Assembly (NCBI GenBank): GCA_965222615.1
Contig: CBDCUI010000007.1
Span: 288,001-352,000 of the forward strand
Direction of reading: 5' to 3'
Origin: Gammaproteobacteria bacterium
GTDB taxonomy: Bacteria; Pseudomonadota; Gammaproteobacteria; UBA4575
Length of the DNA: 64,000 nt
Shown: in pieces, positions 1 to 10,483 of the stretch
Layout: each line of letters opens with the position of its first letter
Position numbering within the stretch: position 1 is the stretch's first letter
Notes under the pieces: model-generated
The model's database searches: none
What the model saw: only the letters and a program-made list of their open reading frames with translations
Told to the model about the DNA's origin: nothing
Program-made: the position numbers and the translations under genes

Positions 1-324
1 ACTACCATTTTTGCGCTTACCAACTAATTCACGGCCTATTCCTATAATATTGGAGTGCCCGTTTTTTAAGTAATTATCGATATAAGAATCATGTTTTTGT
101 TGATAAGGCGATGGCATCAGCATGCTAATATTTTTGCCAATTACTTCATTGGCAGCATGAGAAAACATATTTTCTGCTGCTGGATTAAAAGATTGAATGA
201 TACCCGCAGTATCTATAGTGATAATTCCTTCAACTGCAGTGTCGATAACGGCGCGTAACCGTACTTCAGAATTTGACGGCGACTTTAATTCTGCTGAGGT
301 GTCTTCAATGCTCTGTTGTTCCAT
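1..324 (-). CDS. FixL-like heme-PAS sensor protein, N-terminal part (runs off the window)
   Basis: Manual translation: MEQQSIED...RLRAVIDTAVEGIITID...FNPAAENMF...EVIGKNISMLMPSPYQQKHDSYIDNYLKNGHSNIIGIGRELVGKRKNGS. This matches the FixL heme-PAS pattern. Not in the ORF track. Confidence 0.85.
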   Translation of the reverse strand, partial: MEQQSIEDTSAELKSPSNSEVRLRAVIDTAVEGIITIDTAGIIQSFNPAAENMFSHAANEVIGKNISMLMPSPYQQKHDSYIDNYLKNGHSNIIGIGRELVGKRKNGS

Positions 325-698
325 CCTATTAAGTAGCTCGATTATTATAATTAGCTAGAAATACTTAAATTTAGTTGAAGTGCTGCTCACACAATCAAAT
401 ACTAAACTAGAAAAATTTAGTTGATTCTTGCAAGTGGCATACCATCATAATCGAGCATAATAATATTTTCACATATATATTTTCCCATTTTTTTTCAACT
501 AGTTAACTCATCTATCCCTAAATTGCTTGGTAACCATATACCAACTTATATAGGTAATTTCCGCAATCACACTACGCGTACACCCGAATATTTTATCTAG
601 GCTGATATGTGTTTAATGGTTTTTGAATGAACATCAGGAATTAAAAAACAGGATTATTAAGTACAAACATTAATAGGCATGCCTTGGGAGAGAAGACT

Positions 699-1445
699 AT
701 GCAAACAGCAACTGGCATATCCATACAAGATACTAATTCGATACCACAAACTTTTTCAAATAATGAATGCCACAATTGTAGTCGACAGAAAATCTGCCTT
801 GCACAGTTACTGGATGAAAACGAACTCGCCGCATTTAATACAATAGTAAAGCACTCAAAAAAACTTAATCGAGGTGATTTTCTCTATCGAGCAGGTGATG
901 AGTTTAGTTCAATTTATACAATTCGTAGTGGCTCAATAAAGACCTTTATTGATGATGAAGAGGGTCGTGAACAAATCTTAGGCTTTTCCATTCAAGGCGA
1001 TATTCTTGCGCTAGATGGTGCAAATTTAAATACCTATCCAACCTCAGCTCAAGCGCTAGAAACTACCTATGTTTGTGAAATTCCATTTGGACGCTATATG
1101 GAGCTTGCCGTACAGATCCCCGTTCTGTATCAGCAATTATTAACACAAATGAGTCATCAAATCCGTGAAGATGAAGAGCATGCATTACTACTTGGCACAA
1201 AAAGTGCTGAACAGCGTTTAGCAACATTACTAATTAATTTCTCTAATCGATATTCAAAAAAAGGATTTTCTAAAAGCGAATTCTACCTACACATGTCACG
1301 GCGAGATATTGGCAATTATTTATCAGCTGCGATGGAGACTATAAGCCGTTTATTTTCACGTTTACAAGCTAATGGGCTTATCGAAGTACGTGGCAAGTTT
1401 ATAAAAATTATAGACTTAGAAGAATTACAAAAATTTACGGCATAA
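699..1445 (+). CDS. fnr: FNR/Anr-type Crp-family O2-sensing transcription regulator
   Basis: N-terminal CxxC-x5-C cluster plus internal VCEIP Cys; HTH SRRDIGNYL..ETISR. GGAG SD precedes the ATG at 699. Confidence 0.88.
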   Translation: MQTATGISIQDTNSIPQTFSNNECHNCSRQKICLAQLLDENELAAFNTIVKHSKKLNRGDFLYRAGDEFSSIYTIRSGSIKTFIDDEEGREQILGFSIQGDILALDGANLNTYPTSAQALETTYVCEIPFGRYMELAVQIPVLYQQLLTQMSHQIREDEEHALLLGTKSAEQRLATLLINFSNRYSKKGFSKSEFYLHMSRRDIGNYLSAAMETISRLFSRLQANGLIEVRGKFIKIIDLEELQKFTA

Positions 1446-1559
1446 ATTCCATACACAATTATTTAGAAATGGAAACTAAACAATGTCACAACCAAAATTT
1501 TCTATTCGTATGATAAGTATATGGCTTAATACATTTGCTCATTACACACATTAAATCGG

Positions 1560-1573
1560 TTGACATAGATCAA
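1560..1573 (+). promoter_or_regulatory. FNR box
   Basis: TTGAC-ATAG-ATCAA upstream of the cytochrome c pair. Confidence 0.75.
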
Positions 1574-1634
1574 TATCTTAAAATGTTCTCAAATATAGTC
1601 TAATTACATATTAGACTTTAATGCACTATAAGTT

Positions 1635-2042
1635 ATGAACAAAATAAATTTATATTTTTTTATTACTCTCACATTATTATCTATAACTACAAATGCATAT
1701 GCAGTAGAAGATGGTGACATTATAGGCAAAAAAGAATTTACTACTTACTGCGCATCCTGTCATGGCAGCAGCGGCAAAGGTGATGGACCTATTGTTCATT
1801 TTCTGAAACGCAAGCCAGCTGACTTAACACAACTCTCAAAAAATAACGGCAATTCTTTTCTTTTTGATCGCATTTATGGTGTGTTTGATGGCTCTTATGT
1901 ATTTGCTAAACACGGATCAAGTGAAATGCCTATTTGGGGTTATCGTTTTATACGTGAAGCACAAAAAGAAAATGAGCCCAGTATTTCTGCGAAAGCTAAG
2001 GCCTTAGACATAATTTTATATCTACAAGTCATCCAGGAGTAA
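1635..2042 (+). CDS. Periplasmic monoheme cytochrome c
   Basis: Signal peptide, CASCH motif, HGSSEMPIWG with distal Met. Confidence 0.9.
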   Translation: MNKINLYFFITLTLLSITTNAYAVEDGDIIGKKEFTTYCASCHGSSGKGDGPIVHFLKRKPADLTQLSKNNGNSFLFDRIYGVFDGSYVFAKHGSSEMPIWGYRFIREAQKENEPSISAKAKALDIILYLQVIQE

Positions 2043-2044
2043 TC

Positions 2045-2464
2045 ATGAAATACACTACTCAATTAACAATTTTTGTTTGTTTGTTAATTTATTCAATGCC
2101 TACATATTCAAGCGAATCTTCGCAACAAGATCCTGTCTATGGAGGTGTAGAGTTTGAGCGCTCTTGCGCAATTTGTCACGGCTTTAATGGCAAAGGCAAT
2201 GGAGTCATGTCTGACTCTTTAACAAAAAAACCTGCTGATCTTACCGTGCTGTCAAAAAATAATAATGGGCACTTCCCATTTACTAAGGTGTATCAAATAA
2301 TTGAAGGCTCCCCAAGAGTTGGTGTTCACGGTAGTCGGGACATGCCAGTCTGGGGCGATCGCTATCGCAAAGAAGCTGAAAAATACGAAGCCGATGAATA
2401 TCTATATTCAAGAGGTTTGATCCTTGAACTCATGGTCTATCTTATGTACATCCAAGAGGATTAA
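2045..2464 (+). CDS. Periplasmic monoheme cytochrome c (paralog of the previous gene)
   Basis: Signal peptide, CAICH motif, HGSRDMPVWG. Confidence 0.9.
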   Translation: MKYTTQLTIFVCLLIYSMPTYSSESSQQDPVYGGVEFERSCAICHGFNGKGNGVMSDSLTKKPADLTVLSKNNNGHFPFTKVYQIIEGSPRVGVHGSRDMPVWGDRYRKEAEKYEADEYLYSRGLILELMVYLMYIQED

Positions 2465-2498
2465 TTCCATTATCAATTCAAGTAAAAAGGTTATTAAC

Positions 2499-2732
2499 AT
2501 GTCTAATTCAACTGTAAAACAAGAGTTGTTAAATAAGCAGCAAGAATTAATCGAACGCATTACAGCCATAAAAAAAGACTTTGAAAAAGGACTTGATCCT
2601 GATTTGGAAGAACAGGCACTACAGTTAGAAAACTATGAAGTTTTGCAACGATTACTTGAACAAGCGGAAACGGAGCTAGTAAAAATTGAACAACAATTAC
2701 AAAAAATGAATCAAATAGCTAGCCCTAGCTAA
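2499..2732 (+). CDS. DksA/TraR-like coiled-coil protein lacking the C4 zinc finger
   Basis: Coiled coil with an acidic tip (DPDLEEQA); no Cys. The ATG at 2499 follows an AAGG SD. Confidence 0.55.
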   Translation: MSNSTVKQELLNKQQELIERITAIKKDFEKGLDPDLEEQALQLENYEVLQRLLEQAETELVKIEQQLQKMNQIASPS

Positions 2733-2748
2733 ATATCACTTTATAAAT

Positions 2749-3201
2749 TTATGTTTTGCGTACTGCTAGTACGTCGCAAGTTGCATTATTAAGAACTGAT
2801 TGAGCAGTCGAGCCAATTAATTTTTTAATTCCATGTACACCATGCGCCCCTACAACAATCAAATCAACTTTTTTCACTGTGGCCGTGGAAAGTATTGAAA
2901 ATCTAGGCACACCAACTTCAGCCAAATAATTGACTTTTCCCAAACTATATTTTTTTGCTTCTTTTTCGAGAGTTTTTTCAGCATTTGTTTTAAGTTTAAT
3001 CTCCTCTAAAGACCACTCTCTATTATAACTTATGGCCTCGTTCTGAGAGGCGCCCATAAGAGAAGGCACGTCACGCTCAACCACGTGAAATAAGGTAATA
3101 TTTGTATCTGAGTCTTTCTGTATAGTCTCAAGTTTTTTTAATATAACATCAGTTAGCTCTGAGTAATCGACAGCAACTAATACATTCTTGTAAGGAAACA
3201 T
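2749..3201 (-). CDS. Universal stress protein (UspA family)
   Basis: YKNVLVAVD, DLIVVGAHG..G...LIGSTA..VL..A.CDVLAV. Confidence 0.92.
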   Translation of the reverse strand: MFPYKNVLVAVDYSELTDVILKKLETIQKDSDTNITLFHVVERDVPSLMGASQNEAISYNREWSLEEIKLKTNAEKTLEKEAKKYSLGKVNYLAEVGVPRFSILSTATVKKVDLIVVGAHGVHGIKKLIGSTAQSVLNNATCDVLAVRKT

Positions 3202-3203
3202 CT

Positions 3204-3467
3204 TTAATACTCCTCGTCACGTAACTTTTGTATTTCCTCTAGTAACTGCAGTGCAAGTGCCGTTCCCGGGATATTAATGTTTAGCTCTTTTCGAAATCTT
3301 GATGCTCGCCCAATTCGTTCATAATCGTTTTGAGTAAATAGCCATTTTTCTGGATTTTCTCCAAATGGCTCAGCAATACCCCATGACACCATTTCATTAA
3401 TTACCTCTTGATTTAACTGGTACGTGTGACAGATTGCATGAGTTGTATAGACAATATTTTCGTTCAC
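3204..3467 (-). CDS. CbpM-like chaperone modulator (MerR-like HTH)
   Basis: EMVSWGIAEP...W.F...RASRFRKELNINIPGTALALQLLEEI..LR pattern. Confidence 0.75.
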   Translation of the reverse strand: MNENIVYTTHAICHTYQLNQEVINEMVSWGIAEPFGENPEKWLFTQNDYERIGRASRFRKELNINIPGTALALQLLEEIQKLRDEEY

Positions 3468-3547
3468 ATATTACTCCCTACTCTCAGTTTCACTTGAGGC
3501 CGCGCAAATATTCAATTCTCAATATATTGATTGTGCAAAATACAATG

Positions 3548-3561
3548 TTGATGTATGTCAA
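3548..3561 (-). promoter_or_regulatory. FNR box
   Basis: TTGAT-GTAT-GTCAA upstream of the cbpM-like/usp genes. Confidence 0.7.
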
Positions 3562-3814
3562 AAGGGGATAGCATTAAAATAAATGAGCTAAGTTATGTAA
3601 TTGATCGTCCTAAATTTTGCATAAAAAAACGTAAGTTAAATGCTTAAAAAACTTACAAGCTATACTTGGCAGGATAAATGATAGCTATAACGCCGAGAAA
3701 ACCATTGCAGGAATGGACACTACAAGAGTTAGTAGTACTGTTAAAGCATACATCAAGTAATAAACCCTCGTGCGTCGACAACACTACTAAAAATTTTTGC
3801 TTAATTACTATTAT

Positions 3815-3828
3815 TTGATCTTAATCAA
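3815..3828 (+). promoter_or_regulatory. FNR box (perfect consensus)
   Basis: TTGAT-CTTA-ATCAA upstream of Hsp20. Confidence 0.8.
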
Positions 3829-3904
3829 TGCTGTATAAGCCACATATCTCATAATATTTACTACTAATTATTCAATATAGTAAATGTTATGTGGAGGAAT
3901 TAAG

Positions 3905-4345
3905 ATGAAATTAGTACCTAGAGATCCTTTTTTTAACTATCTTCCTCATTTAAAAGACATTAATCGATTTTTTAACCTTGAGTTAGACGACGAGGATAGC
4001 ACCATCGCCACCAGTGCTTGGACACCAGCTGTCGACATTGCGGAAAAGAATGATCATTTTCTTATTGAGGCAGATGTCCCCGGAGTTGACCCTAAAGACA
4101 TTGAAGTAAGTATGGAGAACGGTGTTTTAACTCTAAAAGGTGAACGTGAAAGTGAAGTAAAAGAGGAAAAAGAAGGCTATACGCGTGTTGAACGATCACA
4201 TGGCAGTTTTTACCGACGCTTTAGTCTTCCTGAATCTGCTGATCCTGAGAATATTTCTGCAAAATCCAGTAAAGGTGTATTACAAATATCAGTAGGTAAA
4301 AAAGAAACAGCCAAACCGAAAAAAATTACTGTCAAAGTTCAATAA
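3905..4345 (+). CDS. Small heat shock protein, Hsp20/alpha-crystallin
   Basis: WTPAVDI.E...ADVPGV...ERSHGSFYRRFSLP...GVLQI; GGAGG SD before the ATG at 3905. Confidence 0.95.
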   Translation: MKLVPRDPFFNYLPHLKDINRFFNLELDDEDSTIATSAWTPAVDIAEKNDHFLIEADVPGVDPKDIEVSMENGVLTLKGERESEVKEEKEGYTRVERSHGSFYRRFSLPESADPENISAKSSKGVLQISVGKKETAKPKKITVKVQ

Positions 4346-4458
4346 TCTCCCCCACTTCCTCGAGGTGGTTATTAGTTTTTACTAACTAATCATACGACCT
4401 TGGGGAAGTATTTTAACGCAATCCCAAAAATTTTTTGCGCACTTTATATAAGTCTATT

Positions 4459-4472
4459 CTGACTTATATCAA
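4459..4472 (+). promoter_or_regulatory. Probable FNR box
   Basis: CTGAC-TTAT-ATCAA upstream of the USP gene. Confidence 0.55.
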
Positions 4473-4584
4473 TGATGCTACCAAAGTATTTTATATAGTG
4501 AATTCTAAAATATATAAACAGTCACAAATGGCTACTTTTTATGAATTAGTAGCATAAAGATTTTAGGTATATAGGAGAGGTATT

Positions 4585-5424
4585 ATGCCCATAAAAGACA
4601 TCATGGTTCTATGCGATGCAGGAGAAGCAAATGATTACCGGGTTGAAACAGTTTTATTGTTAGCTAAAGTATATGAAGCACATGTAACTGGAATTCATTT
4701 AGTCCCATACCCAGTTATACCTGTATATGGTGGAGCGTTTCCAGAGGCTATTCCATATACTTCATCCGAGCAGTTAGATAAAGCCTCTAATATCGCACAA
4801 AAACTTGAAGAAAATTTTAAGAATAAAGCAGCTGAATTAGAGATCCCCTGCGAATGGAAAATCATAGATGGAGTTGATGTACGTTATATTATTGATAATG
4901 CACGCTATACAGATCTCGTTGTGGTACCTCAAGGATATTCTAGATATGGTGAAGATAATACGCAGAAAATTGATGACTACTTATCAATACATTTAGGCCG
5001 TCCTCTTATGGTTATTCCAGATTTAAAGAAGGTTTTTAATCTTCCTCAACAAATTATCATTGCATGGAACGAGAGCCATGAAGCCGCAAGAGCAGTTCAT
5101 GATGCTTTACCATTTTTACAATTTGCTGAACGTATACAAGTAGTAAGCGTTTCAGCAAGTTCGAAAGAAGAAAAAGCGTATATGATATATTGTGATGACT
5201 TACGCAAACACTTATCTCGTCATGGAATAAAGGTAGAAGTAGCATCCTTAGAAAAAACTTCCAAAGGCACCGGTGGCGTAATATTGGAAAGTGCCTTGGA
5301 ATACGATGCCGATTTAATCGTAATGGGAGCATATGGACATTCACGGTTAAAAGAAATCATATTAGGAGGAACTACCAGTTACTTACTTAAACATACGACT
5401 ATTCCTTTACTTCTTTCTCACTAA
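4585..5424 (+). CDS. Tandem-domain universal stress protein
   Basis: IAWNESHEAARAVHDALP; DLIVMGAYGHSRLKEIILGGTT..LL. Confidence 0.92.
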   Translation: MPIKDIMVLCDAGEANDYRVETVLLLAKVYEAHVTGIHLVPYPVIPVYGGAFPEAIPYTSSEQLDKASNIAQKLEENFKNKAAELEIPCEWKIIDGVDVRYIIDNARYTDLVVVPQGYSRYGEDNTQKIDDYLSIHLGRPLMVIPDLKKVFNLPQQIIIAWNESHEAARAVHDALPFLQFAERIQVVSVSASSKEEKAYMIYCDDLRKHLSRHGIKVEVASLEKTSKGTGGVILESALEYDADLIVMGAYGHSRLKEIILGGTTSYLLKHTTIPLLLSH

Positions 5425-5496
5425 AGATTGCTATATTAGGCAATACTATATTTCACTATATGTAAGTATGGTGAAATCAGCTGCTTTGCTTATCAT

Positions 5497-6690
5497 ATGT
5501 CTGATACTTCGCTAGCTAGAAGGATATCGCTGCCGTTACTAACATTTTATGGCTTAGGCACCATTCTGGGTGCAGGCATTTATGTCTTAATTGGTGAAGC
5601 AACCTTGCGAGCGGGTCACTACACTCCCATTGCATTTATAGTCGCAGCATGTATTGCAGCAGTCACTGCCTATTCGTTTGCACGTCTGTCCGCACAATTT
5701 CCTAAAAGCGCCGGTGAAGCGGCCTATGCAAATGCAGCATTCAAATCCCGCTATGTTACAGTTTTAGTAGGCCTAGCAGTTGTATTAATTGGGACGGTTT
5801 CAGCAGCAACTATGATAAAAGGCTTTGCAGGTTATTTTATTGCGCTCATTCAATTACCGGAATTAATTGTAATACTGAGTTTTATTTTATTAATTACGGC
5901 TTTTTCAGTATGGGGAATCAGTCAATCTCTAATTGTTGCTACAACTATCACTATTATAGAAATTTTTGGATTGCTCTTTGTAATTTATGCAGTATTTGAT
6001 TTACAAGAGTTAAAAAATTATAGCTTACCCACAGTCACATCTATTAACTCAAGTAGCACAGCCATATTCTTCGCAGCATTTATTTCATTTTATGCCTATA
6101 TAGGTTTTGAAGATATTGTGAATATTGCAGAAGAAACGATTAATCCAACAAAAGTTGTTCCCTTAGCGATTAGTTTATCGCTTATTCTCTCAACTTTACT
6201 TTATGTCGTGTTTTCCATTTCCTGTACTGTTTTTGTACCTTTGTCGGTATTTACTACAAGCGATGCGCCTTTAGTATCAATTATTGAATTTAAAGGTCAT
6301 GACCCAACAATTATGGCAATAATAAGCATGACAGCCATTATTAATGGAGCATTAGTGCAACTCATTATGGCATCGCGTGTTTTATATGGGATGGCTGAAC
6401 AAAATGTTTTTATACGTGTTTTTAAAACAGTAAACAAAAAAACACGAACTCCAATAGTAGCTACCGTTACAGTAGCTTTATTGATGATTATTTTATCCAC
6501 TAGCTTTGATTTAGTAACCCTAGCTGAAATTACTAGTGCAATTACTTTAATTGTCTTTATGATAGTTCAGGCTTCACTGTTATTTTTATCTATGCAAAAA
6601 TCCAGCAAAAAAAGATTAGATATAATACTTCCGGTGATAGGAATTGGATTGAATATAACACTGCTTTTTTTTGGTTTTTTTAAAAAATAA
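5497..6690 (+). CDS. APC-family amino acid permease
   Basis: GTILGAGIY, FPKSAGEAAY, YAYIGFED, MASRVLYGMA motifs; many TM helices. Confidence 0.9.
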   Translation: MSDTSLARRISLPLLTFYGLGTILGAGIYVLIGEATLRAGHYTPIAFIVAACIAAVTAYSFARLSAQFPKSAGEAAYANAAFKSRYVTVLVGLAVVLIGTVSAATMIKGFAGYFIALIQLPELIVILSFILLITAFSVWGISQSLIVATTITIIEIFGLLFVIYAVFDLQELKNYSLPTVTSINSSSTAIFFAAFISFYAYIGFEDIVNIAEETINPTKVVPLAISLSLILSTLLYVVFSISCTVFVPLSVFTTSDAPLVSIIEFKGHDPTIMAIISMTAIINGALVQLIMASRVLYGMAEQNVFIRVFKTVNKKTRTPIVATVTVALLMIILSTSFDLVTLAEITSAITLIVFMIVQASLLFLSMQKSSKKRLDIILPVIGIGLNITLLFFGFFKK

Positions 6691-6743
6691 CAGGCGTTGA
6701 CAAGAATATCTAGTATCTTTATTTTTTTGTATAAGTATTAAGT

Positions 6744-7535
6744 TTATTTGTAACTTCTCAAATATATTACCCAATACACTAAAGCCACAAATAAACTGCC
6801 ACCGACTATATTACCTAGAGTAACAGGGACTAAATTACTTAAAAATTCTATTACGCCAATCCCGCCATTACTTACTAGCATACCTAAAGGAATAAAATAC
6901 ATATTTGCTACAGAGTGCTCAAAACCAAGTGCTACAAAGGCAGAGATTGGAAACACAATTGCTAGGATTTTGCTTACTACAGAATGGGCTGCAAAACATA
7001 ACCAAATTGCAAGACAAACAAGAGCATTACATAAAATACCCCTAATGAATGCTTGCAGTGGATCTAGATTAATTTTATCAAGGGCAATATTAAAAGCGGT
7101 TTCTGCTACTGCACCCTCTCCAAGTGAAAGTGCACCAGACCAAAACATTAACAGTGCCGCACCCACTGCACCAATTAAATTAGCAATATAAACCAGCCCC
7201 CAGTTCCGCAACAATTGAAAGGTAGATACTTTGCGGTCTGCCCATGCCATCACTATGAGGTTGTTGCCAGTGAAGAGTTCTGCTCCTCCCACCACGACCA
7301 ATATCAACCCTAATGAAAATGCCGCACCCCCCAGCAGACGTGACGGACCTAATCCCATATTGTGATCTGTCATAACTAAGGTAAAAAACATTGCGCCAAA
7401 TGCAATGAACGCCCCTGCAAGCAGCCCTAGCGTCAGCGTTGGAATAGTCGGTAGAGCGGCTTTTTGCACACCTACATTTTCAACTAATTCAGCAATTTGA
7501 TCTGGCTTGTAAGCATCAAAATTCTGTTCTAACAA
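6744..7535 (-). CDS. Formate/nitrite transporter (FNT) family channel
   Basis: GAELFTGN, GILCNALVCLA, GFEHSVANM, TLGNIVGG motifs. Confidence 0.95.
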   Translation of the reverse strand: MLEQNFDAYKPDQIAELVENVGVQKAALPTIPTLTLGLLAGAFIAFGAMFFTLVMTDHNMGLGPSRLLGGAAFSLGLILVVVGGAELFTGNNLIVMAWADRKVSTFQLLRNWGLVYIANLIGAVGAALLMFWSGALSLGEGAVAETAFNIALDKINLDPLQAFIRGILCNALVCLAIWLCFAAHSVVSKILAIVFPISAFVALGFEHSVANMYFIPLGMLVSNGGIGVIEFLSNLVPVTLGNIVGGSLFVALVYWVIYLRSYK

Positions 7536-7645
7536 AACACACCTCTACTTTTTCCTCTTTAGCCACACAAAACAAATACATCGGCATCGAGATGAACTGC
7601 TGCGCATATTATGCTTAAGGCTAATGATGTTAAAGTAGCTATACA

Positions 7646-7659
7646 TTGATAAGTATCAA
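7646..7659 (-). promoter_or_regulatory. FNR box (perfect consensus)
   Basis: TTGAT-AAGT-ATCAA upstream of the FNT gene. Confidence 0.8.
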
Positions 7660-7706
7660 ATGAAAATTAGGTTTGTATATATTTGCTTGGTTATTGTGGG
7701 CATTTG

Positions 7707-9290
7707 TTAACCAATTAACCCATGCATTCTAGTATCAATAGCTTTGACTAGTTCATTTATCTTCACTTCTTCTTCGGTATTAATAATCATCGTATATTCT
7801 TGCTCTTCTTCAATCAATGGTTTGTGTGTGTTGAGTTGATAATTTAACACCTCTAAATCCGCTTCGGATGGCTCTTGTCTATGTTTCGCTCTTACCAATA
7901 GACGTTGTCTTAATACTTCTTCTGTTGCTTGAAATTCTAAAATAATAAATGGCACTTTTAGATCTGATGCAAGTATATAAAACTCATGGCGTTGTGCTTG
8001 ATTTAGAAAACAAGCATCTACAATGACTGTATAGCCTACACTTAAAATTAATCTTGAAAGTTCTTCAAGTCTCTTATATGTCTTCTTAGAAGATTGCGAA
8101 GAATAAATCCCTGCATTTACTTTCGATTGTGTATCTTGAGTTTGCTCAAAACCATATAGCCTTTTACGTTCCACATCAGATCGTATACGTATTGCAGCTA
8201 ACGATTCTAATAGTGGTTGGGTGTAGGTAGATTTTCCAGAGCCAGATAAGCCATGGGTAATGATAAGCGCTATTTTTTGATTCGATATATATCTTGAAGC
8301 TAAGTCGATATAAGATCTAAACTCTTTTTGTATATTTTTTTTATCAGTCTGTGAAAGGTGTTTCTGTGCGATACGCAATAAAGCTACTTTAGCTCTTACC
8401 ATTGCACGATAGACTAAATAATATTTATATATATTCAGTCCAGCATAATCACCAGTATATTGTAAATATAAATTTATGAATCGATTAGAAAATTCAGAAT
8501 GCCCGCGATCACTTAAGTCCATTGTCACAAAAGCAACTTCGCTTATTACATCGATCCAACGTAAGTGCTTGTTAAAGTCTATACCATCAAAAATAGTAAC
8601 CTTATCTTCAATCAACACCATGTTGCCTAGGTGCATATCGCCATGACATTCTCGTATAAAACCACTTGCTCTTCTTTGTTGTAATTTTGTATATCTATTA
8701 TGAAATTCTTTTTCTGCCCACGTATTAATATCTTTTAAGACTTCGAAATCACCATGATTTACCAGATTTGCTTCAATCTGCGTAAAATTATCGGTTACCC
8801 AATGATAAATGTCTTCAGGAGTGCCTAGCTCTTCATTCACAGGCACGTTTTCTATACGCATATGAAAATCAGCAATTTCTCTGGCTATGTAATCGATAAT
8901 TTGTTGAGTCAATTGGTTGTGTGCTGACAAATAACTCAATAAAGAGTGCTGTGGAAATTGGCGCATCTTGACGGCATATTCAATTACATCGCCTGATTGT
9001 TGAAAACTTGGATTTAAGTCACTGCCTGTAATAGAAACTACACCTATGTACAATTTTGGCGCCAATCTAGTATTCAAACGAATTTCTTCGTGACAATAAA
9101 ATTTTCTTTTTTCAAGTGTCGAAAAATCGATAAAACTAAACTTAATCGGCTTCTTTATTTTGTAGACATAGGTACCAGTGAGCAAAACCCATGATATATG
9201 AGTTTCTATTACCGTAATGCCTTTCACTTTATGCTTATAAATTGAAGAATCACAAAGCGAGGCAATTAGTTGATCACTTTTACTTTTCAT
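7707..9290 (-). CDS. Bifunctional APH-like kinase / AAA_33 P-loop protein (Rv2004c-like)
   Basis: IETHISWVLL, ECHGDMHLGN, GLSGSGKST, RSDVERK. Confidence 0.9.
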   Translation of the reverse strand: MKSKSDQLIASLCDSSIYKHKVKGITVIETHISWVLLTGTYVYKIKKPIKFSFIDFSTLEKRKFYCHEEIRLNTRLAPKLYIGVVSITGSDLNPSFQQSGDVIEYAVKMRQFPQHSLLSYLSAHNQLTQQIIDYIAREIADFHMRIENVPVNEELGTPEDIYHWVTDNFTQIEANLVNHGDFEVLKDINTWAEKEFHNRYTKLQQRRASGFIRECHGDMHLGNMVLIEDKVTIFDGIDFNKHLRWIDVISEVAFVTMDLSDRGHSEFSNRFINLYLQYTGDYAGLNIYKYYLVYRAMVRAKVALLRIAQKHLSQTDKKNIQKEFRSYIDLASRYISNQKIALIITHGLSGSGKSTYTQPLLESLAAIRIRSDVERKRLYGFEQTQDTQSKVNAGIYSSQSSKKTYKRLEELSRLILSVGYTVIVDACFLNQAQRHEFYILASDLKVPFIILEFQATEEVLRQRLLVRAKHRQEPSEADLEVLNYQLNTHKPLIEEEQEYTMIINTEEEVKINELVKAIDTRMHGLIG

Positions 9291-9539
9291 AAGAACTCAA
9301 AAAAATGAAAATCAGCGCGTATTATTATTATTGATTTATCCGCACTTATTTAACGCTTGTTCTATAAAGCACAATTTCTTTGAAGCGGCCAATTCAAGCA
9401 ATGATAAATGTTTAAGATGACTCAAGAAAATACACGTACCAGGTCAGCAATGTGCTTAATTAAAGATTAAAAATCAAAATTTTAGATGGCTGACGACATG
9501 CAGATTAAATCTAACTATTATTATATTGTCTTTAGATAA

Positions 9540-10082
9540 TTAGTTAATGATTCGTTTTAGAAGACCTTGATAGGATTTTTTTACATTCTCCCCAAACAAA
9601 GGGTCCGCTACATGTGCTAGTTCGGTGTCTATTTTTTTCCAATCTTTTTCATCTAGCTTTGAATTTAGTATCGGATAAACACTAGCTTCCTCTTGATTCA
9701 TGTGTTCTTTTTGAATAGAAATATATTCTTTCAAGTAAGCACATAGTTCATCACGGTCTTGTGGAACATCAGCAAGTGCACCTTGCAACATTTCTAATAA
9801 CTTATTTGTGAGTTTCGGCATTTCTTCATGTTCATGGAGAAGCTCGATGATTTCCTCACGTACATCATCATAATTTGCAATAAAATATTCGAATATGACA
9901 TTCTCTAATGGATGATGAATATAATCCGGATATTCTTTCATATATTTTATTGCATCAAGTATTGAGATAAGATCTGAGTGTTCGCATTCTTCTAGCAAAT
10001 GATGTTGTTTCTCTAAAAAAGTTAAAAGCTTTGCAAAGTTTTTATGATCACCATGCAATTTTTCAAGTGTATTTATCATCAT
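9540..10082 (-). CDS. Hemerythrin-like (HHE) domain protein
   Basis: His/Glu ligand motifs HHPLE, EHEE, HMNQEE. Confidence 0.85.
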   Translation of the reverse strand: MMINTLEKLHGDHKNFAKLLTFLEKQHHLLEECEHSDLISILDAIKYMKEYPDYIHHPLENVIFEYFIANYDDVREEIIELLHEHEEMPKLTNKLLEMLQGALADVPQDRDELCAYLKEYISIQKEHMNQEEASVYPILNSKLDEKDWKKIDTELAHVADPLFGENVKKSYQGLLKRIIN

Positions 10083-10217
10083 ATTAATATCTCAGTTCTT
10101 GAACCATCATTGTCATTTCAGAGTCTACCTCCACCAAAGAAATCTTACTGAAAATTTCTTTATGCAAACCATAAAAATTTAATTATATTAGTTTAGAACG
10201 GATCACGCTTGATTATA

Positions 10218-10231
10218 TTGATACCTATCAA
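10218..10231 (-). promoter_or_regulatory. FNR box (perfect consensus)
   Basis: TTGAT-ACCT-ATCAA between the divergent hemerythrin and globin genes. Confidence 0.8.
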
Positions 10232-10406
10232 TCGGCAGTGTAAATCAAAGACATAACTATTATCCATAATATAAAAATAGTAACTATTGTTGTAAAAATT
10301 GACATAAAACAACACGATTTAGTCTTAAAGGTGTACACAAAGCCCCTTCATATCAGCAGAAACTTTAATCAATTACTCGTATAGGCAAGCCTAATCAATC
10401 TAAAGC

Positions 10407-10420
10407 CTGATATACATCAG
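10407..10420 (+). promoter_or_regulatory. FNR-like palindrome variant
   Basis: CTGAT-ATAC-ATCAG upstream of the globin. Confidence 0.5.
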
Positions 10421-10483
10421 GTTTATACGAAGCTTTTGTCTTAGACTGTTAAATACGCTTGCTAACAAGTTAGGTATTGCTAC

